Assembly (NCBI GenBank): GCA_963813155.1
Contig: CAWEYG010000006.1
Span: 96,001 to 160,000, forward strand
From: an uncultured Acidobacteriota bacterium
GTDB taxonomy: Bacteria; Acidobacteriota; Thermoanaerobaculia; UBA5066; DATFVB01
Direction: 5' to 3'
DNA: 64,000 nucleotides
The notes under the pieces were generated by a model, which had not been told where the DNA came from, made no database searches, and was given only the letters and a program-made list of their open reading frames with translations. How positions within the stretch are numbered: the first letter of the stretch is position 1; every line of letters starts with the position of its first letter. The position numbers and the translations under genes were made by a program. Shown here in pieces: positions 1-9,855 of the stretch.

Positions 1-135
1 CGCAAGAAGCCGTACTTCAACGAGAGCTACTACGGATTCGACTCGTTCTCGAGCCTGCTCGAAGAAGCGCAGAAGTTGAAGCTCGTCACCCTCAAGAAGG
101 ACACCAAGAGCGGCGGTCACATCGTGAACGCGTGA
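1..135 (+). CDS. 3' end of probable NYN (LabA/DUF88) protein with C-terminal OST-HTH/LOTUS domain (partial)
   Basis: Frame 1 reads RKKPYFNESYYGFDSFSSLLEEAQKLKLV...*, matching the F.E.YYGF..FS.LL OST-HTH pattern; stop overlaps the GTG of the next gene. Confidence 0.65.
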   Translation, partial: RKKPYFNESYYGFDSFSSLLEEAQKLKLVTLKKDTKSGGHIVNA

Positions 136-668
136 AACCCGCCTGGCGCCGGCTGCGGAGCGAGCCGCTCGGCGACTTCAAGGTTTTCACCGTCCGCCGC
201 GACCGCATCGTTTCTCCCCGGACCTTGGAAGAGCACGACTTCTACGTCCTCGACGGGTCGGACTGGATCAACGTGATCCCGGTCACGCCCGGGGGCCGGA
301 TCGTGCTCGTCGAGCAGTACCGGCACGGCACCGAGACGTTCACGCTCGAGATTCCGGGAGGAGCGGTCGACCGCCGGGACGGCTCGCCCCTCGACGCCGC
401 CCGGCGCGAGCTGCTCGAAGAGACGGGTCACGCCGCCGACTCGTGGGAGAGCCTCGGGTTCGTGCACCCGAACCCGGCGATCCAGTCGAACCGCTGCCAC
501 ACGTTCGTCGCGCGCGGCTGCCGGCGCGTCGCGGAGCCGTCGTTCGACCCCGGGGAGGACATCGAGATCGTCGAGGCCGAGCGGAGCGAAATCCGCGAGA
601 TGCTCCGCGACGGCCGTATCAGCCACTCGCTCGTCGTCGCCGCGTTCGCGAAATGGCCGGAGTTCTAG
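132..668 (+). CDS. NUDIX hydrolase (ADP-ribose pyrophosphatase-like)
   Basis: Nudix box GGAVD...AARRELLEETG; QYRH and LEIPGG motifs. Confidence 0.9.
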   Translation: MKPAWRRLRSEPLGDFKVFTVRRDRIVSPRTLEEHDFYVLDGSDWINVIPVTPGGRIVLVEQYRHGTETFTLEIPGGAVDRRDGSPLDAARRELLEETGHAADSWESLGFVHPNPAIQSNRCHTFVARGCRRVAEPSFDPGEDIEIVEAERSEIREMLRDGRISHSLVVAAFAKWPEF

Positions 669-1448
669 GCTTCCTGGGCTGGCTGCTCGCCGCGTCGCCG
701 GTCGTTCGGCCGGTATGGGCGGACCCGGCGACGGGAATGGCGTTCGTTTCCGCTCTGGCGGGACGCTTCGAGATGGGAAGCCCGGCCTCGGAAATCGGCC
801 GCAACACCGACGAAGCGCCGCGCGAAGTCGAATTGTCTTCGTTTTGGATTGCGCGAGACGAGACGACGCAGGCAGAGTGGCGGAGCGTCATGGGATGCAA
901 TCCGAGCCATTTCGCGAAGTGCGGGGACGGGTGTCCGGTCGAGAACGTCACGTGGCTCGAGGTTCGGGAATTTCTGGCCCGCCTGAATCGCCGCTCACCG
1001 GGCCGCAACTATCGCCTTCCGACCGAGGCCCAGTGGGAGTACGCGTGCCGCGCCGGGACGGCGACTCCGTTCTCGACAGGCGAAAGCCTGACGGCGGATC
1101 AGGCGAATTTTGACGGCCGTTACCCCCTGGCCGGCCACCCTCTCGGTCGCTTTCGGGGCTCCCCGGTTCCCGCCGGCAGCTTTCCCGCGAATCCGTGGGG
1201 ACTTCGCGACATGCACGGGAACGTCTGGGAGTGGTGTGAAGACTGGTACGGGCCATACCCCGCGGGGCCGGGACGCGATCCGAACGGGACCCGCCTTCGG
1301 CGCGCGGAAAGTCATCCGAGGGGACTCATGGGACTTTGACGAGAACAGCTGCCGCTGCGCCCTTCGCTACACCCACGCGCCGGGCGACCGCGGATATTCG
1401 ATCGGGTTTCGCGTCGTCGCGGACCCGCCGAACGAAAGAGTTCCGTAG
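653..1448 (+). CDS. Formylglycine-generating enzyme (SUMF1/FGE-sulfatase) family protein, frameshift near 1290
   Basis: FEMGS, RLPTEAQWEYACRAG, NPWGLRDMHGNVWEWC; C-terminal VIRGDSW...IGFRV continues in another frame. Confidence 0.85.
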
Positions 1449-1474
1449 CGCGGCCGGCCGCGCCCCGGAACTCC

Positions 1475-3994
1475 TCAGTACTTGGCGAGCAGCTGCGCCG
1501 CCCGGACGACTTCGTCCTCGCCCGGCAGGAAGAATTCTTCGAGCGGGGGAGAGTACGGCACGGGAGTGTCGAGCGCGCCGAGGATGCGGACCGGGGCGTC
1601 CAGGTACTCGAACGCCTCTTCCTGAATGATCGCCGCGATGCTCTCCCCGACGCTGCCGGTGCGCGTGTCTTCGTGGACGATCAGGACGCGGTTGCAGCGA
1701 TTGCGCGAGCGTCGAGGATCGCCTCGCGGTCGAGCGGCGCGAGGCTCCGCAGGTCGAGAACGGACGCTTCGATGCCGCCGGCCGCGAGCTTTTCCGCCGC
1801 GCGCATCGCGACGTGGACGTACGCGCCGTAGCTCAAGATCGCGAGGTGTTTCCCTTTCCGCCGCAACGCGGCCTTCCCGATCGGGATCGGTTCCGGGGCC
1901 TCGGAGGAAAGGGCCTGCTTGACCCGGGGATCGCGGTACAGCGCGATGTGTTCGAAATAGAGAACGGGATCGGGATCGGCGACGGCCGAAGCGAACAGAG
2001 CGCGGGCGTCGTGCGGAGTCGACGGGACGACGATCTTCAGGCCGGGAGTCCGGTAGAACCATCCCTCGGTGTTCTGGCTGTGGTACGGACCGGCGTGCCG
2101 GAGGCCGCCCCAGGGCATCCGAACGACCATCGGGACATCCGCTCCCGAGCGGCCGCCCCACCGGTACCGGATCTTCGCCGCGCTGTTGACGAGCTGGTTG
2201 AAGCCGGTCGCGACGAAATCGTTGAACTGCATCTCGCCGAGCGGGCCGCTGACCCGCCAGCGCCGCGCCGATGCAGGCGCCGAGAACGCCGCCCTCCGAC
2301 AGGGGGGAATTCAGGATGCGGTCTCCGAACCTCTCGAGCAGCGGGCGCAGCAGCAGGAAGGCGTTTCCGTACTTCCCCCCCACGTCCTCGCCGAAAACGA
2401 AGACGCGCGGGTCGGAGGCGAGAGCGTCGCCGACTCCGAGCGCGACCGCGTCGAGGAACGTGTTTCCCTTCGGATCGAAGGGGGGCGCCGGCTCGACCTC
2501 GAGGACGCGATCCGAAGCTCTTCGGCGGCGGGACGGGTCGAGCGGCTCGACGCGCGTCCGGGGCGCTTCGTTCTTGAGCACGCCTTCGCCGGCGCTCGCC
2601 GGCTCGGGCCACGGGGCTTCGATGACGGCGCGCGCCTCGCGCTCCACGAGCGCGTCCGCCTCGGCTTGAAAGCGCGAAAGGTCGCCCTTCCCGATGACGC
2701 CCTCTTCGGAGAGGCGGGCCGCGTACAGCGCGATCGGATCGCGTCGTGACCAGAATTCGTAGAGCTCGCGGGGCGCGTAGCCCGAGTCCGAAACGACCGG
2801 GTACGTCCAGGACGGCTGCGGGTCGCGGCCGAGGTAGAGCATGTCGTCGTGGTGCGCGTGGCCGCACATGCGCATCGAAACGAGCTCCAGCAGGGCAGGG
2901 CCTTTCCCCTCGCGGGCCCGCTCCGCCGCCCAGGCGAACGCGGCCGCGATCGCGTCGGGGTCCGTGCCGTCGAGCGTGATCCCGGGGATCCCGTAACCCG
3001 CCGCCTTGTCGGCGAAGGCTCGCACGGCCGACTGCTCGGCCGGGGGAGTCGAGAGCGCGGTCTGGTTGTTCTGGACGCAGAAAACGGCCGGCAGGCGGCG
3101 CGCGGCGCAGAGATTGATCGCCTCGTGCCACTCGCCGAGCGAGGAGCCGCCCTCGCCGATGAGCGACACGGCGACCCGCCCTTCGCCTTCGCGCGCGAAC
3201 GCGAGCGCGAGGCCGGCGACCGTCAGCGACGAGATCGCGAGCGGAGCCGCGGCGGGAAGCACGCCGCGCGCGAAGTCTCCGATGTGGAGGTCTTTGCCGT
3301 CCATCGGCGATCCGGCTTTCCCCATCTGCGCGTTGAGGACCATCCGGACGAATTCCGGGGTGGGGTTCATCGCGAGCGCGATCCCGAGGTCGCGGATGAG
3401 CGGGGCGACGACGTCGCCCTTCCACTCGCCGTTCTTGCTGTAGCTCTCCCCCCGGCGCAGGCGCGCCGCGGCGGCGTAGATCGCTTCCTGGCCGAGCGAC
3501 CGGAACCCCTTGCCCTGGAAAGCGATCCCCAGGTAACGGACTTCGCTCGCGGTGAAGAACGCCTTGAGGCGATTGTCGATTGCGCGCGTCAGGACGATTC
3601 CGCGCAGGATCTCCACGCGCTCCTCGGCCGTGAGCGAGGCGGACAGCGATTCGCGGCGGAGAAACCCGTCGCACGCCTCGACGAGACCGTCGACGGCGGC
3701 CGACATCCTCGACGCGGCGGAGACGCCGGGGCTCGTGTCGCCCGTTCCGGCGGGGGGCGCGAGACTGATCGCCTTGCGGAGCGCTCGCGACAGAGGCGCG
3801 CGAAGCGCGTCGAGCCTGGAAGCGTCGCGGCCCGGGTCGCCTCCCTCGCGGCGCAGCAGGTTTCGGAACACGACCGAGGCGTGATCGAGCGCGAAAGGAT
3901 GCGATTCCGCGACGAAAGCGAAGAACCGCTCCGCGAGGCCGGGACGGATCGACGAAGGCGTCGAGATGACGGACGGCTTCAGGGTGGGTTCCAT
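1475..3994 (-). CDS. 2-oxoacid dehydrogenase E1, fused alpha/beta subunits with N-terminal extension; frameshifts near 2240 and 1700
   Basis: GQEA, TPP motif GEGGSSLGEWHE...QNN, RMCGHAHHD, FGEDVG, MQFNDF, HSQ, DLRSLAPLD, C-terminal LDAPV...DTPVPYSPPLE. Confidence 0.85.
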   Translation of the reverse strand: MEPTLKPSVISTPSSIRPGLAERFFAFVAESHPFALDHASVVFRNLLRREGGDPGRDASRLDALRAPLSRALRKAISLAPPAGTGDTSPGVSAASRMSAAVDGLVEACDGFLRRESLSASLTAEERVEILRGIVLTRAIDNRLKAFFTASEVRYLGIAFQGKGFRSLGQEAIYAAAARLRRGESYSKNGEWKGDVVAPLIRDLGIALAMNPTPEFVRMVLNAQMGKAGSPMDGKDLHIGDFARGVLPAAAPLAISSLTVAGLALAFAREGEGRVAVSLIGEGGSSLGEWHEAINLCAARRLPAVFCVQNNQTALSTPPAEQSAVRAFADKAAGYGIPGITLDGTDPDAIAAAFAWAAERAREGKGPALLELVSMRMCGHAHHDDMLYLGRDPQPSWTYPVVSDSGYAPRELYEFWSRRDPIALYAARLSEEGVIGKGDLSRFQAEADALVEREARAVIEAPWPEPASAGEGVLKNEAPRTRVEPLDPSRRRRASDRVLEVEPAPPFDPKGNTFLDAVALGVGDALASDPRVFVFGEDVGGKYGNAFLLLRPLLERFGDRILNSPLSEGGVLGACIGAALAGQRPARRDAVQRFRRDRLQPARQQRGEDPVPVGRPLGSGCPDGRSDALGRPPARRSVPQPEHRGMVLPDSRPEDRRPVDSARRPRSVRFGRRRSRSRSLFRTHRAVPRSPGQAGPFLRGPGTDPDREGRVAAERETPRDLELRRVRPRRDARGGKARGRRHRSVRSRPAEPRAARPRGDPRRSRNRCNRVLIVHEDTRTGSVGESIAAIIQEEAFEYLDAPVRILGALDTPVPYSPPLEEFFLPGEDEVVRAAQLLAKY

Positions 3995-4020
3995 CGAGGG
4001 GGATTGTAGCGAAAGGCTCT

Positions 4021-5077
4021 TCAGATCTCCTGGAAGAAGAACCGCTTCAGCGGGTCCATCTTCGTCCACGGGTCGACTTCCGGCTCCATCAGCCACAGCG
4101 CGGCGGCGATCGAGGACGCGAGCGAGTTGCCGTCCTGCGGAGTGAAACAGAAGCCGACGACCTCTTTCTCCGAGGGGAGGACGATCGTCGGGGTCGAGAT
4201 CACGCGTCTGCGACAGGAGCCTTCCGTAGTAGCCGTGGTCGCGTCCGAACGAGAACACCTGGTTCGCGGAACGGCGCTCCGTGTTCGCGACACGGCTGTT
4301 CAGGCGAAGCTTTTCGAGCACTTCCGCCTTCGTCGTCGGCCGCGTCAGCTCCAGGTCGAACCAGAGCGCGTGCATGTACTGCGTGTTCAGCTTCACGGCC
4401 GAGGAGAACATCTCCGGCTTCCAGCCGAGAGTCTCCAGGAGGTGCGAGGCGTCGCGGGCATGGTGCGTGCCGTATTTCGGGTCGTCGTGCTTGCCGACGG
4501 AAGGAGCCGGCAGAAATCCCGCGTCCTGGGAGATGTCGTTCGCCCGGCGCATGCAGACGAAACGGCCCCGGGAGAGCGTGAGGTTCTTGCCTTCGGAGGC
4601 GAGAGTCTGCACGAGCACGGCGATGTTGTGGGTGTTGCACGAGACGATCTGGATGAAGCGATCCTGTCCGGCCTTCAGCGCCTCGTCGTTGATGCCGAGC
4701 GCGTACATCTTGCCGAAACCGAATTCCGATCCCTGGGCGAGAAATCCCTTCGGCCCCTTGACCTTTTCGTAGACCTTCTTGTTCTCGTTGCCGGCCGGCG
4801 TGCAGTCGATGACGACCGATGCGCGTTCCAGAGCCTCCATGGCCGTGTACGACACCTTGTGGCCGAGCGCCTCGAAGTCGGCGGTCTTGTCCTCGTCGAC
4901 GGCGAGCTTCGCGCCGCGGGAGATCAGGTGCTGCACCTTCGCCTTTTCCGTCGTCATCGGCGTTCGCTTGTGGAACGTGAGCTCGTCGATGCCGAGGTGG
5001 CGGGCGAAGTCCGTGAACAGCCCGATCAGGGGCTCGCCGATGGTTCCCGTGCCGACGATGTGAACGATTTTTTTCAT
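4021..5077 (-). CDS. Archaeal-type (class II) glyceraldehyde-3-phosphate dehydrogenase-like protein; frameshift near 4200
   Basis: Rossmann GTGTIG, VIDCTP, QGSE, catalytic-like IVSCNTH, RRAND, HHARD, MHA. Confidence 0.7.
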
Positions 5078-5107
5078 GAGGCGCGTATTATCTTGAATCG
5101 AGCCGCG

Positions 5108-5173
5108 GCGTTCAAGCCGCGCGGAAATGTTGCGTTCAAGCCGCGAGGGATGCTCCGTTCAGGCCGCGCGGGA
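5108..5173 (+). repeat. Three direct repeats (core CGTTCARGCCGCG, 23-24 bp period) between divergent genes
   Basis: gcgttcaagccgcg at 5108 and 5132; ccgttcaggccgcg at 5155. Confidence 0.8.
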
Positions 5174-5186
5174 TAAGATCTTCGCA

Positions 5187-5858
5187 ATGGCCGCGAGCAC
5201 GGTCCATCCGTATTCTTTCGCCGGGCCCGCCGGCGAGCTCGAAGCGCTCTGGAAAGAGCCGGAGGCGCCGCGGCGCGGTTCGGCCGTCGTCGCGCACGCG
5301 CATCCCGCTCACGGCGGAACGATGCACTTCAAGGTCGTGTTCCGAATCGCGCGCGCCCTCGCGCGGTCGGGTTTCGGCGTCCTTCGGTTCAACTTTCGCG
5401 GCGTCGGCACGTCGCAAGGCCAGCACGACGGCGGCCGGGGCGAAAAGGAAGACGTCGCGGCGGCGCTCGACGAGGCGGCCCGCCGGGGCGGAACGCCCCT
5501 CGTCGCGGGAGGATTCTCCTTCGGTTCGGCGATGGCGCTGACGGTCGGCGCAAAGGATTCCCGGGTGGCGGCGCTGATCGGCGCGGGAGTCCCGCTCGCG
5601 CGCTGGGCGCTCGGGGACGGAGAGCCGGTCGAAAAGCCGACGCTCGTGATTTCCGGCGACAACGACGAGTTCGCGGACGCCCGGGAGCTCGAGCGCGAGG
5701 CGAAGCGGCGCTTTCGGGACGTGCGGGTCGAGATCGTCGCCGGAGCCGACCATTTCTTCACGGATCACCTCGATCAGGTCGAAGCGCGCGTTCACGATTT
5801 TGCCTCCGGTCTTCGGATTCCGGCGCCTCGGGGGCCCGCGATCTCGGTGAGGACGTGA
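5187..5858 (+). CDS. Alpha/beta fold hydrolase
   Basis: HAHPAHGGTM, LRFNFRGVG, nucleophile GFSFG, GDND, GADHFF. Confidence 0.9.
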   Translation: MAASTVHPYSFAGPAGELEALWKEPEAPRRGSAVVAHAHPAHGGTMHFKVVFRIARALARSGFGVLRFNFRGVGTSQGQHDGGRGEKEDVAAALDEAARRGGTPLVAGGFSFGSAMALTVGAKDSRVAALIGAGVPLARWALGDGEPVEKPTLVISGDNDEFADARELEREAKRRFRDVRVEIVAGADHFFTDHLDQVEARVHDFASGLRIPAPRGPAISVRT

Positions 5859-6412
5859 CCTCTTCGGATCGCCGGTCGGAGCTCCTGTCGATCGCCCGCC
5901 GGTCGATCGATCGGAAGTTGAACGGAGAGGGGCCTCTCGAAGTTCTCGAGCGCCCGCACGCGGAAGAAGCCTCGTGCGGCGTGTTCGTGACGCTGAAGAT
6001 GAAATCCGACCTGCGCGGATGCATCGGGACGCTCGCCGCCGAAGAGGGGATCTCGCGCACGGTCGCCGAGTTCGCTTTGAACGCCGCGTTCGAAGATCCC
6101 CGGTTTCCGCCGCTGACGCTCGAAGAATGGCGCGACGTTCTGGTCGAGATCTCGATCCTCTCGCCGCCGCGGTTGATCGCGGAAGAGCATTTCGAAGTCG
6201 GCCGCCACGGCCTGATCCTCGAGATCGGAGGCCGCCGCGGCCTGCTTCTGCCGCAGGTCGCCGAAGAATGGGGCTTCACGAAGGAGCAGTTCCTCGGCGC
6301 GCTCGCGCGGAAGGCGGGTCTGCCGGAGGACGGATGGAAACTGCCCGGCGCGAAGCTTTACGCGTTCGAGGCGGAAGTGTTCGGGGAGGAGGCGGGCGCG
6401 GGTGGCGAATAA
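5855..6412 (+). CDS. amrA: AMMECR1 family protein (AmmeMemoRadiSam protein A)
   Basis: GVFVTL, LRGCIG, AAFEDPRFPP, GLLLPQVA. Confidence 0.9.
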   Translation: MTSSDRRSELLSIARRSIDRKLNGEGPLEVLERPHAEEASCGVFVTLKMKSDLRGCIGTLAAEEGISRTVAEFALNAAFEDPRFPPLTLEEWRDVLVEISILSPPRLIAEEHFEVGRHGLILEIGGRRGLLLPQVAEEWGFTKEQFLGALARKAGLPEDGWKLPGAKLYAFEAEVFGEEAGAGGE

Positions 6413-6596
6413 GTCGATCGGGAACCGGCAGAAGAAGATCGTCGCGCCGAGGAGGCCGAGCCCCGCCCGGCCAATTCCAAAACCAGGCGGTCCGCCTCGA
6501 AAACCGAATTCGAAGTAGCCCCTCGCCTCTAATCCGCCTCTCCCCCTGTGGGCAGCCTTCAAAACGACCAGTAGACGCGGGAGGCCGCCGCGCAGC

Positions 6597-6661
6597 GGCG
6601 GGTGAGGGGGCGCACCCGAGGCCACCCCTCACCCCCACCCTCTCCCGCAAGGGGAGAGGGC
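6597..6661. repeat. REP-like palindromic element (CCCTCACCC...CCCTCTCCC-N-GGGAGAGGG)
   Basis: gggtgagggg/cccctcaccc stem plus ccctctcccgcaaggggagaggg hairpin between convergent genes; related copy at about 22704-22770. Confidence 0.7.
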
Positions 6662-7413
6662 TACCGCGGGGTCTGTGTCGTCGTGAACAGGATGACTCCC
6701 GCTGCGACGGCGACGTTCAGCGACTCGACCGGCGGTGCGAGCGGAATCGCGATGCGCCGCTCCACGTGCCGCCGCACGGCGGGGGAGAGCCCCGCTCCTT
6801 CCGACCCGAACACCCACAGCGCGGGTTTCTCGAACCGCGCCGAGAAGAGGTCCTCCGCGCCCCGTCCGCCGGTTCCGCAGATCTCGCGCCCTGCTCTGCG
6901 CGCCTCGTCTGCCGCGGGCCGGAAATCGACGCTCGACGCGGCCCGGATGCGCAGCAGGCTGCCGGCCGATCCCCGGAGAGATCGGGGGTGGAACAGGTCG
7001 GCGCACCCCTCCGAGGCGAGAAGGCCGGCGCCCGAGACGGCCTCGAGGACCCGCGCGATCGCGCCGAGATTGCCCGGATCCTGCACGGAGTCGAGATAGA
7101 TGGCCGGGCCGCCGGCGGCGAGGATCTCGGCGGCGGAGGATTCCCGGCGGCGCGCGAGGCCCACGGCGTGCTGCGGAGTCGAGGCCTCGCAGAATCTCGC
7201 GAGCACTTCGCGGCGGACCGGAGTCGTCCGGTGGCGCGCGAGCGCGGAAAGCCGTCCCGGCTTGAGGTGGTCGTCGTGAAAGATCTCCTCGAACTCGAAT
7301 CCGCCGGCCGCCGCATCGAGGATGAATTTTTCGCCTTCGAGGACGAAGAGCTCTCGCTCGGCGACCGCGCGAAGCAGGGACTGGACGCGCGGGTTCCGCG
7401 TCGACTCGATCAC
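6661..7413 (-). CDS. TrmH/SpoU family RNA methyltransferase
   Basis: IESTRNPRV, DSVQDPGNLGAIAR, FGSEGAGL, VESLNVAVAAG. Confidence 0.9.
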   Translation of the reverse strand: MIESTRNPRVQSLLRAVAERELFVLEGEKFILDAAAGGFEFEEIFHDDHLKPGRLSALARHRTTPVRREVLARFCEASTPQHAVGLARRRESSAAEILAAGGPAIYLDSVQDPGNLGAIARVLEAVSGAGLLASEGCADLFHPRSLRGSAGSLLRIRAASSVDFRPAADEARRAGREICGTGGRGAEDLFSARFEKPALWVFGSEGAGLSPAVRRHVERRIAIPLAPPVESLNVAVAAGVILFTTTQTPR

Positions 7414-7473
7414 CCGCGGATCGTACTCCGAACGAGCACCTGCCAGGAGGCTGCTAGTGCTATAACACGCGCA

Positions 7474-8640
7474 GTGAATTCCCAAAGCGGAGCGGCCGCG
7501 ACCGCGCTCTGGACTTTTCCGGCGATGCTCGCGGCGGCGTTCCTCGTCGCCTGGGGAGCGGAGGCGGCGGAGTTCCTGATGTCCCAGGGCCTCGCGCTCG
7601 CTCTCCTCGCGTGGCTCCAGACGGCGCCGGAATTCGCGGTCGAAGCCGTCATCGCGTGGGACGCGGGCAAGGACCCGTCGATGGTCCATCTCGCGATCGC
7701 GAACTTCACGGGCTCGCTGCGGCTGCTCGTCGGGCTCGGATGGCCGATGGTCTACGTCGTCGCGTGGTGGTCGGCGAAGCGGACGCGGCAAGGTCTACTG
7801 CCGGCATGCGCCTTCGCGTTCACCACTCGGTCGAAGTCGTCGGCCTCCTTCCTCCCGTCCTGTACTTTTTCGTGATCATCGCGAAGGGCACGCTCGGCCT
7901 GATCGACGCCGCGATCCTCTGCGGAATGTATGTCGCCTATCTCGTGCTTCTCCTGCGCCTTCCGCCCCGAAGCGACGACGTCGAACGGCCGGTCGACGTT
8001 CCGCTCGTCTCGCGCTGGGCCCTCTCCTTTCCGGGGCGGTGGCGGGGCGTCGCGGTGCTCGCGCTGTTCTTCGGCGGCGGGGCGATTCTCTACTTCACCG
8101 CGCACCCGTTTCTGGACAGTCTCCTCTCGCTCGCGGTCTCCCTCGGCGTCTCGGAGTTCGTGTTCGTCCAGTGGGTCGCGCCGTTCCTTTCGGAATTCCC
8201 GGAGAAGGTCTCCGCCTTCCTGTGGGCGCGGCGAATCACGCGCGCGCCCGTCGCGATCATGAATCTCGTCTCCTCGAACATCAATCAGTGGTCGGTGCTC
8301 TCCGGCCTGATCCCGGTGATCTATTGCGTCTCGCGGCACTCGACGGCGCCCCTTCCGCTCGATCACCATCAGCGAATCGAGATTCTCCTGACGGTGCTGC
8401 AGTCGCTCCTGGGCTGGCTCCTTCTCGCCTCGATGTCGCTGACCTCGTACGAGGCGGCGAGTCCTCTTTCTCTTCTGGCTGATCCAGTTCGCCCTTCCGG
8501 CGACGCGCGACGCGATGATCGCGGTCTACGCCGGCTGGTGCGTGCTCGAGATCGTCCTCGTCCTGTCGGGGCGGAAGAAGTGGAAGGTCTTTGGTGCATT
8601 TCGAAAGACGTGGCGGCGCCGCGCCCGCGCGGCCGCGTGA
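7474..8640 (+). CDS. Ca2+/cation antiporter (CaCA) family membrane protein; frameshifts near 7790 and 8465
   Basis: Alpha repeats LQTAPEFAVE...ANFTGS and VAPFLSEFPEK...NLVSSNINQ; multiple TM segments. Confidence 0.8.
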
Positions 8641-8652
8641 TAGATTTTTGAG

Positions 8653-9855
8653 GTGAAAGTCGGCACGGCCCTGCGGCTGACGCGGCGCGTCGAATCGATT
8701 CGGCCCTCGCCGACGCTCGCGATTTCGCGAACCCTCGCGGACATGCGGCGCCAGGGTCGCGACGTCGTCGATCTCGGCGTCGGCGAGCCCGACTTTCCGA
8801 CGCCGGATTTCGTGAAGCAGGCGGGAATCCGCGCGATCGAGGGAAACCGCACACGGTACACCGACACTCCCGGGGAGATTTCCCTGCGCGAGGCGATCGC
8901 CGCGAAGTTCCGGCGGCGCGGAGCCGCGGTCGACTCTTCGCGGGTCGCGGTTTCCGCGGGTGGCAAGCAGACCCTTTTCAACGCGTGCCAGGTCCTGTTC
9001 CAGGAGGGAGACGAGGTCCTGTTCTTCTCGCCCTACTGGGTGTCCTTTCCGGAGATGGTCCGCCTGGCGGGGGCGACGCCCGTGATCGCGCCCGCGCGGG
9101 CGGAGAACGCGTTTCGTCCGACGCTCGAAGACCTGCGTCCCTTCGCGACGGAAAAGTCGAGGGGACTCATCCTCAACTCTCCGAACAACCCGACGGGGGC
9201 GGCGATCGAGGAGGGCGACCTCGCGAAAATCCTCGCCTGGGCGCGCGACCGGGGCCTCTTCGTGCTCTACGACGAGTGCTACGAATTCTTTCTCTACGGG
9301 GGAAGACCCCACGCTTCGCCGACAGATCTGTGGGCGGACCATGCGGAGCACGTCCTCATCTCGGGCGCGGCTTCCAAGACCTACGCGATGACGGGATGGC
9401 GGCTCGGCTGGGGCGTCGGGCCGAAGGCGGTGATCGCCGCGATGTCCGCGTACCAGAGCCATTCCACGTCGAACGCCTCGTCGATTTCCCAGGAAGCGGC
9501 GCTCGCGGCTCTCACCGACGTGGAGCGGGCCGACGATTCGGTCCGGAAGATGCTCGCGGAGTACGCGATTCGCCGGGATCGGATCGTCTCCGCGCTGAAC
9601 GCGGTGACGGGAGTGCGCTGTCCGCCGCCCGACGGGGCCTTCTACGCGTTCGCCGACGTGTCGGCGCTCTATCCCCGATCGGGTGTCTCCGGGTCGGTGG
9701 ATTTCTCGAAATTGCTGCTCGAGCGGGCCGGCGTCGCGACGATTCCGGGCGCGGCGTTCGGAGAGGATCGCTACATCCGCTTCTCGTTCGCCGCGGCGCG
9801 CGAGGAGATCGAAAAAGGCATGCGCCTATTTCAGGAGTTCGCGAACTCGCTCTGA
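8653..9855 (+). CDS. aspC: PLP-dependent aminotransferase class I/II (aspartate aminotransferase)
   Basis: GEPDFPTP, LNSPNNPTG, DECY, SKTYAMTGWRLG. Confidence 0.9.
   Translation: MKVGTALRLTRRVESIRPSPTLAISRTLADMRRQGRDVVDLGVGEPDFPTPDFVKQAGIRAIEGNRTRYTDTPGEISLREAIAAKFRRRGAAVDSSRVAVSAGGKQTLFNACQVLFQEGDEVLFFSPYWVSFPEMVRLAGATPVIAPARAENAFRPTLEDLRPFATEKSRGLILNSPNNPTGAAIEEGDLAKILAWARDRGLFVLYDECYEFFLYGGRPHASPTDLWADHAEHVLISGAASKTYAMTGWRLGWGVGPKAVIAAMSAYQSHSTSNASSISQEAALAALTDVERADDSVRKMLAEYAIRRDRIVSALNAVTGVRCPPPDGAFYAFADVSALYPRSGVSGSVDFSKLLLERAGVATIPGAAFGEDRYIRFSFAAAREEIEKGMRLFQEFANSL

Noticed and set aside
653-1448. FGE-sulfatase protein as a diversity-generating retroelement target
   Set aside because: No reverse transcriptase, no template repeat and no adenine-variant copy of its 3' end is visible in the window.
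1475-5077. 1200 aa GAPDH-E1 fusion ORF
   Set aside because: A frameshift near 4200 bypasses the GAPDH-like stop at 4021, and E1 has its own -10 box and ATG at 3994.
5108-5173. Mini CRISPR array
   Set aside because: The period is only 23-24 bp, the intervening sequences are ~10 bp and similar to each other, and no cas genes are present.
5855-6412. Complete AmmeMemoRadiSam system
   Set aside because: Only the AMMECR1 component is present; no MEMO1 or cognate radical SAM gene is nearby.
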